A stretch of 63,022 nt of DNA, filler included, from Basidiobolus ranarum (taxonomy: Eukaryota): the NCBI GenBank assembly GCA_040143965.1. It is 22 parts of 22 records of this genome, joined end to end, with 100 filler letters (N's around TTAATTAATTAA, not from the genome) between each part and the next. Parts side by side here need not be neighbours in the genome. Positions count along the whole stretch, not along the records: positions 48,840 to 51,598 come from JASJQH010003000.1; positions 51,699 to 54,455 come from JASJQH010003001.1; positions 54,556 to 57,312 come from JASJQH010003002.1; positions 57,413 to 60,167 come from JASJQH010003003.1; positions 60,268 to 63,022 come from JASJQH010003004.1; 17 more parts are not named here. One strand, written 5' to 3'. The notes below the pieces were generated by a model. The model searched no databases, was not told where the DNA came from, and worked only from the letters and a program-made list of their open reading frames with translations. Every line of letters begins with the position of its first letter. Position 1 is the first letter of the stretch. A program made the translations under genes and the position numbers. This document shows positions 51,161-63,022 of this stretch, piece after piece.

Positions 51161-51598
51161 CCCTAACAAAAATAAAATCAATTTGATCTGGATTGGATCC
51201 ACCCTCCAAAAGAGCAAAACCATCAGAGAACCATCACAATATTGGTAGCTTGCATTCTGCCAGGGAGTTTGATAGTGTGATGGCAGTTTCTTGACAGTAT
51301 TTTGATGGTATTCATACATGTTAAAATATTGATCCTCAAATTGGCATATGTTATTCAATATCTGGCAATTTTTGCAGAAATATAATTTTCAAATGGCAAA
51401 TTACTTGGCTTACTGCTGTCAGAATTTGATTTAATATGCATGCCTTTATTTAGATATTTTAGGCTTTGTATTCCAGCCATAATGAGAATTAAAGAATACA
51501 AGAATCTTATTGTGCTTAGTCTCTACATATGCACATACTTGACTGATTAGATATAACTCAACAACATCAATATGCTTTACCAGCAAACTAACAGTTGA
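51161..51598 (-). mobile_element. CACTA-like right end in inverted orientation, terminus CCCTAACAAAAAT
   Basis: Reverse complement of 49390-49822. Confidence 0.85.
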
Positions 51599-51698
51599 NN
51601 NNNNNNNNNNNNNNNNNNNNNNNNNNNNNNNNNNNNNNNNNNTTAATTAATTAANNNNNNNNNNNNNNNNNNNNNNNNNNNNNNNNNNNNNNNNNNNN

Positions 51699-52400
51699 TG
51701 ATTGGAATAACTTATATTTACACATAAACCTCTAGGATTATACGTAGGTTTGTATAAGTTTTGATCCTTTTCTCCCACAGCTAAATAATCCCCATTTTGA
51801 TTGGTGATGGTTCATCCTGACTTATCAAAATTGAATTTTTTCCCTTATGCATTAGCCTTGCATACAGATATTAAATTCTAGGTAATATCTAGAACATGTA
51901 GTATATCCTTAAAAGTATATACTTTCTCTTCAGAAGGTCCAGTTAAATTGACTTGAATTGTTCCCATTCCAATAGCATCAAATGTGGAGTCATCTCTCAT
52001 GAAAACCTTTCTAATTGAGATTTCTTCATAGTTTACAAACCAATATTTTCATTTGTGTAGCTCCAGAATCAATATACCACATCTGAGAATCCTTGTTGGT
52101 AGTCATAGATAGAGCAGATATGAACAAGTGAACTTCTGTTGTAACCACATTTCCAGATTCAGTATGTTGTTCTTCTTATGCAATTCTTTTAAAGCAATCT
52201 TCACTTAAATGGCCTGTTCTTTTACAGTAATCCCAGAATGTGTTACTCTTCTTCTTAAAGCACTTTTGACCTTTATAGGAAGGTTTCCCATAGCCTATTA
52301 AGGCATTTTCTTCATTCTTTTGGTTGAGTCCAGATTTTCATAAATCTTCTTCTAGAAGTCAGCCAAATGCTTAATTTAAGGTCAAACTTTCAGATCTAGA
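51699..52400 (-). mobile_element. Copia gag C-terminus and protease remnant
   Basis: Zinc knuckle DYCKRTGHLSEDC and protease WYIDSGAT. Confidence 0.88.
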
Positions 52401-52409
52401 TTATAAAAT

Positions 52410-53591
52410 AATAATGCCATTCATAAAGCTTTCAAAATCTAAATCAAAATCATCTTCCAAGCCAAAGCCTGCTGGCATGAAAGGAAAAGAACCAGCAAAA
52501 ACAGAGGACTTAATTGAGGAGCAGCATAGTGATCCGCTATCCACTTTGGAAGTCATTATCATGCTGGAAGCTAACTCAAGTAATGATGAAGCCTTAATCA
52601 ATTTAGAAGATATGTTCCTTTCTAGCAATAGTGCAAGTGAAGAGATTGTAGTCCCCTAATTACCTACTAAATCAATAGTTGAGCAAAGTTCAACAGAAGC
52701 ACCATTAAGATCATCAACTTCCAAAATTGCTACTTCACCAACTATTAAACAACCCTCCATAGAAAATTTGGATTGAATTATTGCAACAAGGGAATCACAG
52801 GCAGAACACCATAATGATTTGTATGCAAGCATAAGTAAAAACTATCAAGTTGCTATACAGGCCATGACAAGCAATAATGCCACAATACTGCAATTGATGC
52901 AGCATTTGGAAGCAACTAGTCAACCGTTAGAGAGTGACTCAACAATGATACAAGGACTTCAGAATGCTGTACTTGAGGTATAGCAACATGCTGCTCCCTC
53001 CATCCATTCTCATATGGAATTTCAATCAATTCCATGCCATACATATGAATGTCACCATGACAATCTAGCAGAGCAGAATATGTGTTGGACGACTAAGCCT
53101 ACACAATAACCCAAAATTGCTTGGGCATATGAAAGTAGAAATATCATAGGAAAACAAGCAAACCAAAAGACTCTGAATGTCAGAGCTGCCATCACTTGCT
53201 CTGATCATGAGTGGTTTAACAATTTGGAAACTGTGCAGAATCTTGCCCAAAATTACACCAAGTTCACAATCTGAAAATTTCAGTGCCATTCAAAAAGCAT
53301 TCAAAGTCTAAATTTATATCAGCTTTCAAGCCAATGCCTGCTGGCACAAAAGGAAAAAAACCAGCAAGAACAGAGGACTAAATTGATGAGCAGTCTAGCA
53401 ATCTACTTTCCACTTTAGAAGATATTAACATGCCAGAAACTAACTCAATTAATGATGAAGCATTAATCAATATACCAGATTTATTCCTTTCCAGCAATAG
53501 TACAAGTGAAGAGATTGTAGGCCCCCATTTACATAGTAAATCAATAGTTGAGCAAAGTTCAACCATAACACAGAGTCTTTTGGTTTGCCGG
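52410..53591 (+). mobile_element. CACTA-like ORF1: one long and one short partial tandem copy
   Basis: MPFIKLSKSKSKSSSKPKPAG at 52414; ORF1 restarts at ~53285. Confidence 0.8.
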
Positions 53592-54455
53592 TGTGGTGGG
53601 GTAGCATTGCTACCCATGGGCAGGTTGACTTATCTCTACTCCAAGCTCATATCTTTACTATTACACAATTTCTATTTCATTATCCATATTTGACTTAACC
53701 AAATTTTCTAGCCAATCATATCACACCATTAGTATTATCCCCTATATTTCAAATTTATCAGTATTAACCCACATTAGCCCTATTATTTTCTGGAAAATTC
53801 TGCAATCTTCTGGAACATTCCACCAGATTCTTGGAATATTTGATGATTGATTGAGTTTTGACCAATCAAAACTTGATTTTGCTGGAACATTCCATGACTT
53901 TCTGGATTATTCTACAACCTTCTTGAACATTCCATGAATTACTAATCTTATGATTATTGATAATATCATAACCCAAGATTATCACAAATAGAATACTCTG
54001 GAACTCTCTGGAAATTTTCATTAGTAATCATTTCTACCTTCAGAAAAGTATAAATAGGATCCATATCTTTTCAAATAAAAATCATCCTGGTTTTCAACTA
54101 ACAATTACTACATGTGATCACCCCTTATTTTATCACTTCTTACAAGACCTTTGAAGAGGAAGATCAAGAGAGAGTACTAGAGGCAGTTACAGGCTACTGT
54201 GTGACTAGAAAGGACTTAACTGGCTCAAAGGAAGTACTGACAGGTAGGTGTTATATATCTAATATTTTATATTTTTCCCCTAGCTTTGTCTGCATAGTCA
54301 AGGAACATTTCATATCCTAGGATAAATTGCTACTAGTGCATCCTTGTTCAAGACCCTGCTGGCTGAGTTTACAGTAGTTTTGATTGGATATACCCTTTTT
54401 ATCTGATCATTCTCAAAGGACATTAAAGCCAGTATATTCTTTTGTCAGGTGCCAG
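53592..54455 (+). mobile_element. LTR inserted into the CACTA-like ORF1
   Basis: Starts TGTGGTGGGG exactly where CACTA homology stops; GGGTAGCA-T-TGCTACCC hairpin; repeated CTGGAACATTCC motifs; TATAAAT at ~54049. Confidence 0.65.
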
Positions 54456-55309
54456 NNNNNNNNNNNNNNNNNNNNNNNNNNNNNNNNNNNNNNNNNNNNT
54501 TAATTAATTAANNNNNNNNNNNNNNNNNNNNNNNNNNNNNNNNNNNNNNNNNNNNACTCACCTTATAAAACTATATCGTTACGTCATCTGATATTTTCTT
54601 AGCACATTATCTGCTGAGAAAGATCTATGGCCATACGATTATCAATTCCTGTATAATTTGTTAACTGCGGGTAAGATCAGAAATTTGAATTAGTAAGGCA
54701 AAGTCGAAGACGATCGACTCCTTTTCGGCCCTTGTCATCGGATTCGGTTTTAGAAAGTTGGTTTAATAGTTGTGCTTATGTTTCCAGACATGTGATTGTT
54801 TCTTCGAATGATCGAATTGTTTGATTCTTCCAGTTTTGATATTTCCGACATCTTTGTGGGCGGAAAATGTTATTGGAACGGAGAACCTTTTCACGCATGT
54901 GAAATTCACCTATGGCAACGTGTGTTACATTGGAGTTCATGTGATAATTAAGCTTATAGCCTTGGACGCATTTGAATTTATTGAGTAAATGCTGATTCTT
55001 GACAGTAAAAGAGTGTTTGTCACAGTAGTCCATGATCCCAGAAAGGCGCTGGTAGCTCGGGGTGTGAATACTCCTAACCATACAAATTAACGCAACTACT
55101 ATATAGCACTATTCGTCAGTCAATACATGATTTTCCAGGAAAGGGGCTACATATAGGTAAAGATCTTATTTTGTTGATGATAATGCGATTGGACCATTGA
55201 TGCTTATTTTAAATTTCACTACAGCTCTTTGTATAAAGAAGGCATCACCCTGAATCCTGACAAAACTATATCTTGTCTTTTCTTGATTCCATTGATTTTC
55301 TTGGTTACA

Positions 55310-56286
55310 ATGTGGAGCGCCGAACAGCCATTTATCATTCCTCTGGAGCCTATTTTTGATAAAGTATACCATGCTGTTCTTGGTGAATCTTATACCTCAT
55401 TCAAGTTCGTAGAGGGAGTAACACCTCTTTCAACGGTTCCAGAAGTCGCTACTACTTGCATCCTCTACTTGATTACCATCTTTGGAGGACAGTACCTTAT
55501 GAAAAATAGAAAGCCTTTCCAATTGGAATTCCTTTTTAAACTTCATAACCTATTTCTGACCACATTATCTGCTGCTCTTCTACTGCTCATTGCCGAGAAC
55601 ATTATTCCTATTATTTGGAATGAGGGTGTGTATGGCTCCGTTTGTAACCAAACCTCATGGACTCAACGATTGGAATTACTATACTACCTAAACTACCTGA
55701 CCAAATATTATGAACTCATTGATACCATCTTCTTGGTACTGAAGAAGAAAAAACTGGGTATTTTTATGTTTCCACACTTATTACCACCATTTTGCATACT
55801 AATATATATATGATGGTTTAGAATTTTTGCATTATTATCACCATAGTCTAACAATGGTCCTATGTTACACTCAACTAGTCGGTAGTACCGCTGTGGTAAG
55901 AATTTATTTGTGGTTTTTCGATTGAAAAGGCGTTTACTCACATATTGTTATAGTCTTGGGTTCCTATCACTCTGAATCTTTGCGTCCATGTTTTCATGTA
56001 TTACTATTATTTCCGTGCGACTGCTGGTGTTCGTATATGGTGGAAGAAGTACTTGACTACTATGCAAATTACTCAATTCATTCTTGACCTTGGGTTTGTT
56101 TACTTCTGTACTTATAATTATTTCGCTTTCAATTTCTTTCCCGCCTTCCCACACGTTGGTGATTGTTCCGGAACGGTTGGTGCCGCTCTTTTCGGATGTG
56201 CACTTCTCTCATCTTATCTAGTGCTATTCATTAATTTCTTCCGCAAAACATACAAGAAACCCATGTCTAAGCCGAAGTCAAATTAA
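55310..56286 (+). CDS. Fatty acid elongase, GNS1/SUR4 (ELO) family
   Basis: Exons 55310-55757, 55822-55895 and 55954-56286: KYYELIDTIFLVLKKKKLEFLHYYHHS, HVFMYYYYF, WWKKYLTTMQITQF, SYLVLFINFF. Confidence 0.95.
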
Positions 56287-57412
56287 GGACAAAGAGAGAA
56301 TTACTGGAACAGTAATTTTCCTTTTTTCATACATATCCTAATTCATCATTGTAGAATTTAGTTGAACCCTCTCTTTGGTTGTACCATAGATTGGCATACT
56401 CTTGCGCGAACCTTCGAATTGAATAAAATACTAATTTAATATTGATACATGCCTTATTGCTCATCTGGATCACGTCTGGGATGTAAGAATCCAGTTGTTG
56501 AAAAATCCGTGATTGCTGACGCTTGTTCCGTTGTGTGTTACCAGTGCGATGAGATATATACCTTATTGTAGTACCAATTATGAATGAACACAAAATGACC
56601 AACCAATTTCTCAAAATGGTACAGTTATTATTGTTCAATTAACAGATATGAGGTGATTGATTGGGTAAGTTATATCCTCGCAATGATATCGCTGCAGGGT
56701 TTAGAAATATATCTGTGGAGTAGCCTACAAATGATCAAGGAAATATGGTTCGCTTGGAAAAAGAGCACACGGAGCCAGGACTAATTGGCTGAGGGTTGAG
56801 AAAGTAAAATTATCTGCAGTAGTCACTGTCAATGAATAAATAATCTAGAATATTGGTCAGACAGGGTAGTTGGATTTCCACATAATTGGATTAAACGCAG
56901 CAATCGTTACAGTCTCTAGAGCAACCAAACGTTCCCCTAATGGAGTTATAATCACATCACATGATTACTGTGTAGCATTTGATGCAGTAACCTCTATTTT
57001 TATAGATTGGACGAATTATTCCTAGAACGTTGGTTTTATAGAGCAAACCAATGGCTTAGATAATCTCAGTTTCAGTCATGAAAAGTAAACATGGTTTGAC
57101 CTTTCTAACTGTGATACATAACGCCTTGGTCAAAAGTCCGTAATATTCTCTACGAGTATGGGCTCAAATGTCCGTTGTAACTTCACTTTCAAAATATACT
57201 AAATTCAATTGTTTTTGGATGCTGCTAGTATGAATTAGTACGAGACTTTACATCGCACAATGCTCTCCAAGTCTTTAGATCGGTACAGTCGAGGGTTACA
57301 AAAATTCTATATNNNNNNNNNNNNNNNNNNNNNNNNNNNNNNNNNNNNNNNNNNNNTTAATTAATTAANNNNNNNNNNNNNNNNNNNNNNNNNNNNNNNN
57401 NNNNNNNNNNNN

Positions 57413-57708
57413 CAGGTTACTTCGGTAAGGGTGGTATGCGTCAATTCCATTTGACCCGTAACAAGCACTATCGTCCTGTTGTCAATCTTGACAAATTGTG
57501 GACTTTGGTTTCTGAACAAACCCGTGTCAAGTACTCCGATAACAAGGAAGTTGTCCCTGTCATCGATACTCTTCGTGCTGGTTTCGGAAAGGTTCTTGGT
57601 AAAGGACGTCTTCCCGAACAACCTGTCATTGTCAAAGCTCGTTATGTTTCTCGTCGTGCTGAAGAAAAGATCAAGCAAACCGGTGGTGTTGTTGTCTTGA
57701 CTGCCTAA
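57413..57708 (+). CDS. RPL28: 60S ribosomal protein uL15 (L27a / yeast L28); 5'-truncated
   Basis: [62 protein letters not shown]; strongly biased codons. Confidence 0.96.
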
Positions 57709-58139
57709 ATCTCAACCCCCCTAATAGTGGATATCTTTTCTATGTAAATGGGCATTACTCATTTAACTCTTAGATGAAAAATAAATAATCATTTAGCTAA
57801 ACTAATTGTCACGTTCATTTCTTTGATGATTCAAAAATAGTCTCGAACCATGGCAGAGTTGCTTTTGTACCTATATTTCTGTGGTATCATATGTATTTGG
57901 GATCTTCAATGCAATGCCCACCTATATTGATGTGAAAAACTTCTTTTATATATTATGGATGACATGACATTGGAATCCTATCATTCGCCCAAAGTTGAAC
58001 ATATTCACTTGTCTTTCTTTATCCAGAGTGTAGATTTGTAAGATAATTCAATTTTTCAAGGTTGCTTGACCACTATGAGACTTGACAGATTGTTTACACT
58101 ACACACCCCAGGACAACAGTAAAATCTTAGGTTCACGAA

Positions 58140-58428
58140 GTTAAATTCAGCATAGCAGACTACAATTGACTTATGGAACTAAGATATCACGAACTATTCT
58201 CAAGAGGATTTTACTTAGAAGTTCTCAGATATATAGATTTTTCAAAGAAGCCTCGAACTTTGCACACATGTTCCTGGGACCTTCCTTAACACATTCTACA
58301 CATTTGTTTGTTTACATCTTGACAAAACTATGAATGTCAACTGAATACTCAATAAATCAACAAGTGAAAACCATCAATTCTTCTAGTTCTCCAAAGCACA
58401 TCCAACAAACTCCTAAAATACTTCAACA
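58140..58428 (-). mobile_element. Solo or partial LTR of the family at 3019-4175
   Basis: Minus strand starts TGTTGAAG at 58428 and aligns with 3030-3300 and 3542-3800. Confidence 0.75.
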
Positions 58429-60267
58429 GTAGGTACTCAGCCCAAATTCTGTATCAACTTTTCATCTCATATATATTCATAAACAGGTGCAGATATTTTA
58501 CATCTACCACAGTTCTGGGCTCTCTTAATTCGAATGATAGGACTGTTGAGTATTTCATACAGTGCAGGTTGCACAACAGATAAGTATTTAACTGTTCGAA
58601 AAGCCTCAATAACTATTTCTTGGAGTATTAGTGCAGAGCGAATGAGTGCCACATATGCTGAGCTGAAGTAACTTGTATGAAAATTGACCACGGTTTTTGT
58701 GCTGAAAGCATGTGATGGCGGACTAAATACTGGAGGTTTATTTGTAGGGACTTGGAAGTCACCGTACAGGTATCCCCATACACACATTGCATTTGTAAAG
58801 ATATGGACAAAAACAACAGTGCCTACAGCAGATCCAGAGACCAGCTTTCTTAATGGGTAATCTACCATTCCTAGGTAACAAATGGTATTCATGGACTATT
58901 CAATACATTCTTGTACATCTCATATCAGAAGTGCTTAGTGTTTATTCTGTGGTATTTTTAAATATGAGCTGCTTGTTTGTAAAGTATCTATGGGCATGAT
59001 ATGAACTCACATGGATCAACCTGAAACAGTACTTAGGATCATGACTATCTCCTCTCCTGGTCAATTTGTAGATACAAAAATAGATTATCAACCACCAAAT
59101 CTCTAGATGATGCGATAAACTAAGAATCCATGGGTGCTTGGATAAACCAGGAGATCGCTTAGGCTAAGCAGCATGAAAGATCATCCACCCGTAGATCATG
59201 TACAATAAAGTGATTTTGGTTGCAACCAAGGGCTGAAGAGACCATAAGGTAACCTGCAGTTCGCGGGACTTGAACTACCGCCTACAGCATTCGTTACTAT
59301 CCGATGATGTGCGACTTCAACAAGCAGGTTCGTTAATCCAAGGTTCAGGAAATCTGGTACTGTTCCATAGCAATCCAATTGATTGGACCAGAATGAGGAT
59401 GAGTAGATGGCAACTGGTTAGTTCACTCTCCGAAGTTGTTTCGGAAGTTATGTCGATGAAATACCAATGAAAACCGAATCATGCAAGTATTACACCACCA
59501 TCGGTAAAATGATCTCGCTGCACGCAGTTGAGTAGTCTTTTTTCCAAGACCTGGATATCCGAGCTTTCCCGGCTCCAATCCACAGCATTTCAACAGCGTA
59601 CCCCACTGATTCCTTCGAGGTCTCACCAGTATATCCGGTGTCATTCCAAATTTAAACAAATTACCTAACATATTTAGCGTTACTATGTTGACGATACATC
59701 TGCTCGCTCTTTCAACTCATTGCTTCCGTGGGATAAGTGGCGCGGTGACTGAGTTGAGGTGCTTTGATTCGAGTGGATTTAATGAAGATTTGTTGATCTG
59801 GCTGTGTGCTCATGACGGTAGAGCTGAGCTTGGTTACCGATCCTAGGTTTACAGTAAGGGCCGTACATCAATCTTAGACCCTTCAGTCTCAGTGTGGTGT
59901 TCTTGGTGAAGAGATTAGGTTCAAATCTAATAACATGCGTGATCGAAAATCTCAAAGAAAGGCTAATTGTCCGATCAATGCCCCCGTTTAGTTATACTAT
60001 CATCTTCCTTCTGAAGCCGCTGGTAAATATCTCTGCATTATTTTAAACGCTCAATATACGAAATCAATCATTTATTATTTTTTAGCCAATATTTTTTTAG
60101 GTAAGCCTCAAATAATTTTTTCAAAATCACTATTTAAATTTCCAAATTAACCAATATTTCCCAGCTTNNNNNNNNNNNNNNNNNNNNNNNNNNNNNNNNN
60201 NNNNNNNNNNNTTAATTAATTAANNNNNNNNNNNNNNNNNNNNNNNNNNNNNNNNNNNNNNNNNNNN

Positions 60268-62241
60268 ATTGCAGTACTCCAAAACTTTGTGTTGGGACTA
60301 TCCATAGCCTCCTGTACTGATTTGGGCTCATCAGAAAAGGTTAAATTAGCACTAGGCTCCTTTTGGCTTGTGTGAGAGTAGTAATCAGGTGGAGATCTCA
60401 TCCAATTGGATGGCCTAAGATGGGAAATTGGCACTACAACTACTGGTACCAATTTAGGCAATGAAAACACCTTGGGCCTGGTTGAGGAGACTGCAGGTGA
60501 AGAACTTTTGAATGTTTTTCTCACTGATCAGGATCTGGTGAGAGAATGAAGAATTTTCATCAATTTGAGGTTGTTTTTCTTGATCCTGGATTGTTTTGAT
60601 TGAAAATTTTTCTTCTTCAGCAATTTTCACATCCCTTCTCTTGATTGGTATCTTACTTTTGGTGTCATACAGTCCATACCCTTTTGTTCCAACCCAATAT
60701 CTCAAAAAAAGAGATATCTGGCTTTTTGGTCTAATTTTGATCTCTTCTGGTCTGGAATCAATACATCTGTGGTATTTCCAGAAACTCTGAGATTAGCCAC
60801 ATCAGGTTTACTTCCAAACCAAGCTTGATAAGGTGTCATAGCTAATAGAGACCTAGAAGGACATCTATTCTTAATATATACTGCAGTTACAACCAATTCA
60901 GCTCAGAACTGTTTTAGTACATCTTGATCAAGAAGCATTAATCTTGCCTTTTCCATTATTGATCTGTTGGCATGTTCTGCTACTCCATTTTTCTGTGGTG
61001 AATTTGGCACTGTAGTCTGCTATTTTATCCCATGTGATGAGCAGAAGTTAGAGAAGAGTTTTGAGGCATATTCCTCTCCATTAACAATACAGATAATCTT
61101 AATCTCTAGATCTGTTTCAGTCTCCATCATTGCTTTGATTTTCTTGAAGGTATCAAAGGCTTCATCCTTACTGGCCAGAGTGTACACCCAAGTATACCTT
61201 GTCTTATCATCAATAAAGGACATAAAATACCTTTTTCCACTTAAGGATTTTGTCTGCATTAGGCCACACAAATCTGAGTGTATCAGGCCCAATTTGTAAT
61301 CAATTTTGCTCATTCCAGAGCCCACAAACAGCTCTATGTATTGCCTAACATATAGGCAACCTTCACATAGCTCCAGATCTGGTGGAATCACAAAATGTAG
61401 TCCCAAAACCTGCTTCTTTTTGATTAAATTTCTCATATTTTCAGCTCCTGGATCAACCAATCTCCTATGCCAGATTTTCCAGCCTATCTCTTCAACTTTG
61501 GCAGTATTAACTTGTAAATATATTGGCATAATATAATGAGGTTTATACTAGTTATTTTGCATAGCTCTAGAAACTATGAATTCCCTTTTTGATCCCTGAT
61601 TGTACAGCCATTTTGATCAAAATTAAAGCAACATCCCTCAGAGGTAGCTTTACTCACTGATAACAAATTTTTTGCTATCCCAGGCACATATAGCACATTT
61701 TTCAGTGTCAAACAAATGTCCCCAGAGATGCCTCCAAGATCCACTACAATTTCTCCCACTCCCAGACCTTCTAGTGGCCGGTCATCTCCCATGTAAACCT
61801 TCTTGGTTATGTCAGTTTTGAGTCTCTTAAACCAGTTTTTTTGAATAGAGAATTACTCAGAGGCTCCAGAACAAATATATCATGACCTACAGTATTGTTC
61901 AGAGGTCACTGATAGGGTAGAAATGAACAAAACTTCCTCTTTGGTTGAAATCTGATTTGCTTGTTTGGACTTCTCATATTTGTTGTTATTTCTTGATTTG
62001 CAATCTTTAAAATGGTTTCCTGGTTTGCTACAACCATAGCATAAACCTGGTTTCCTTCTTCTGTAGCCTTTGTACCTGCCAAAGCTACATTTTAGAGCTC
62101 CAAATAGAGCCACTTCCCCAAATTCTTTTTCCAAATTCTTACTTGTGAGGTGTTGATCCATTAGCCTTGCAACCACAAACTCCAAAGATAACTTGTCCAA
62201 TCTTGCTTCCAAACCTGTAACCAAGTTTAAATACTGTTCTG
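60268..62241 (-). mobile_element. Copia gag-protease-integrase remnant, same family as 17279-20053
   Basis: CYGCSKPGNHFKDC, VLYVPGIAKNLLSV, WHRRLV, LIHSDLCG, FIDDKTRYTWVY; colinear with 17745-19265. Confidence 0.92.
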
Positions 62242-63022
62242 CCCTTACAAGAATAATATCAATTTGATCCGGATCATATCCACCCTCTAAAATAGCAAAT
62301 CCATCAGAGAACAAACACAGTATGAGTAGCTTGCATTCTGCCAGGGATTTTGATGATGTAATGGCTGTTTCTTGACTGAATTTTGATGGTATTCATACAT
62401 GTTAACATATTGATCCTCAAATTTGGCATGCTTTATTCAGTATCCGGCAATTTTTGCAAGAATCTAATTTTCAAATTGAAGTCAACAAATGACCTGCCAC
62501 AAGTAGATGTGTCATTGCTTGAATAGATTACCTCATGGCTAAAACAATGATATTGTGTAATGTGATCTATCTCACCAAGAAGTCTGTCTTGCAGCTTTCC
62601 TAAAAATACCATCAGATTATCACACAAACAAACTAGTCTGAATTATAGCGGAACTTACTCTGTGCCCATGGATTGGGCTTTGTTGCTGTTATTGTCCTCA
62701 AATAATGCAAGACCTGTGAGCACATTGAAAAGAGCCCTTGGTTGGAAGGTTAATATACTCTGGAGTCTCCTTAACCTATTATATTGCATCCATCACTGAT
62801 TTTTCTGATACATTGTTAATCAGATTAGCATTTGGTAATACTGATAATTTCACATAGAGCAGCATTTCATCACAAGGGCACTCCATTGGGAACTCCCAGA
62901 ATGTATAGCAGGGGCCCATAATGTCAGAGCATTGTGAAAGATGCAGCAGGGAATGTATTGAGTACCAGCATAGATTCAGTCTATCTTTTTGAAACATGTA
63001 ATAAAGTTTTTCATATCCAATT
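62242..63022 (-). mobile_element. CACTA-like right end and transposase 3' region, inserted in Copia gag
   Basis: Terminus CCCTTACAAGAAT at 62242; HSLLHLSQC..MGPCYTFWEFPME (62779-62997). Confidence 0.85.

Noticed and set aside
50963-51358. 131-aa ORF, and similar MYEYHQNT.. ORFs at 23200 and 49637, as a repeated small-protein family
   Set aside because: These read through the non-coding CACTA subterminal region into whatever flank follows the TIR.
58467-59950. 141-aa ORF and the CpG-normal region downstream as a gene or viral insert
   Set aside because: No recognisable domain, consistent frame or splice pattern; needs a database search.
2783-60267. Regularly spaced TTAATTAATTAA motif as a CRISPR-like or biological repeat array
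   Set aside because: Always embedded in N runs of fixed length; it is an assembly linker with six-frame stops. ORFs ending in X..LIN are artefacts.
61880-62314. 144-aa ORF as a novel zinc-knuckle gene
   Set aside because: Chimeric: the first ~24 codons are the CACTA terminus (from 62242 up) and the rest is Copia gag.

Overview
This is eukaryotic fungal DNA, not one locus. It is 22 unrelated small contigs (2782 down to 2755 bp, sorted by length) joined by 21 artificial 100-nt spacers (N44-TTAATTAATTAA-N44), so adjacency across spacers means nothing. Short GT-AG introns, the gene set and the heavy repeat load suggest a TE-bloated early-diverging fungus (possibly Zoopagomycota/Entomophthorales; inference only). 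About 60% is decayed, nested transposon DNA: at least three Ty1/Copia families, Ty3/Gypsy fragments, several LTRs, and one abundant CACTA/EnSpm-type DNA transposon. That element can be reconstructed across contigs: CCC-initiated TIRs, CCGTCA-type subterminal repeats, and a transposase divergent from an uncharacterised accessory ORF. Host genes seen: an Osh1/Osh2-type ankyrin-PH oxysterol-binding protein, an HtrL/YibB-like membrane protein, a coiled-coil protein, a gluconokinase pseudogene, an Ecl1-family protein, an intronless atypical cysteine-dioxygenase-like protein with a long N-terminal extension, TOM7, verprolin, a fatty-acid elongase, RPL28/uL15, and fragments of two secreted proteins. 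The strongest window-wide signal is near-total loss of CpG in repeats (CG to TG, CA and sometimes TA), while genes and gene-proximal repeat fragments keep CpG. This points to a CpG-directed, repeat-targeted methylation/mutation defence. All alignments and counts were done by eye, and TE boundaries are approximate unless a terminus is quoted.
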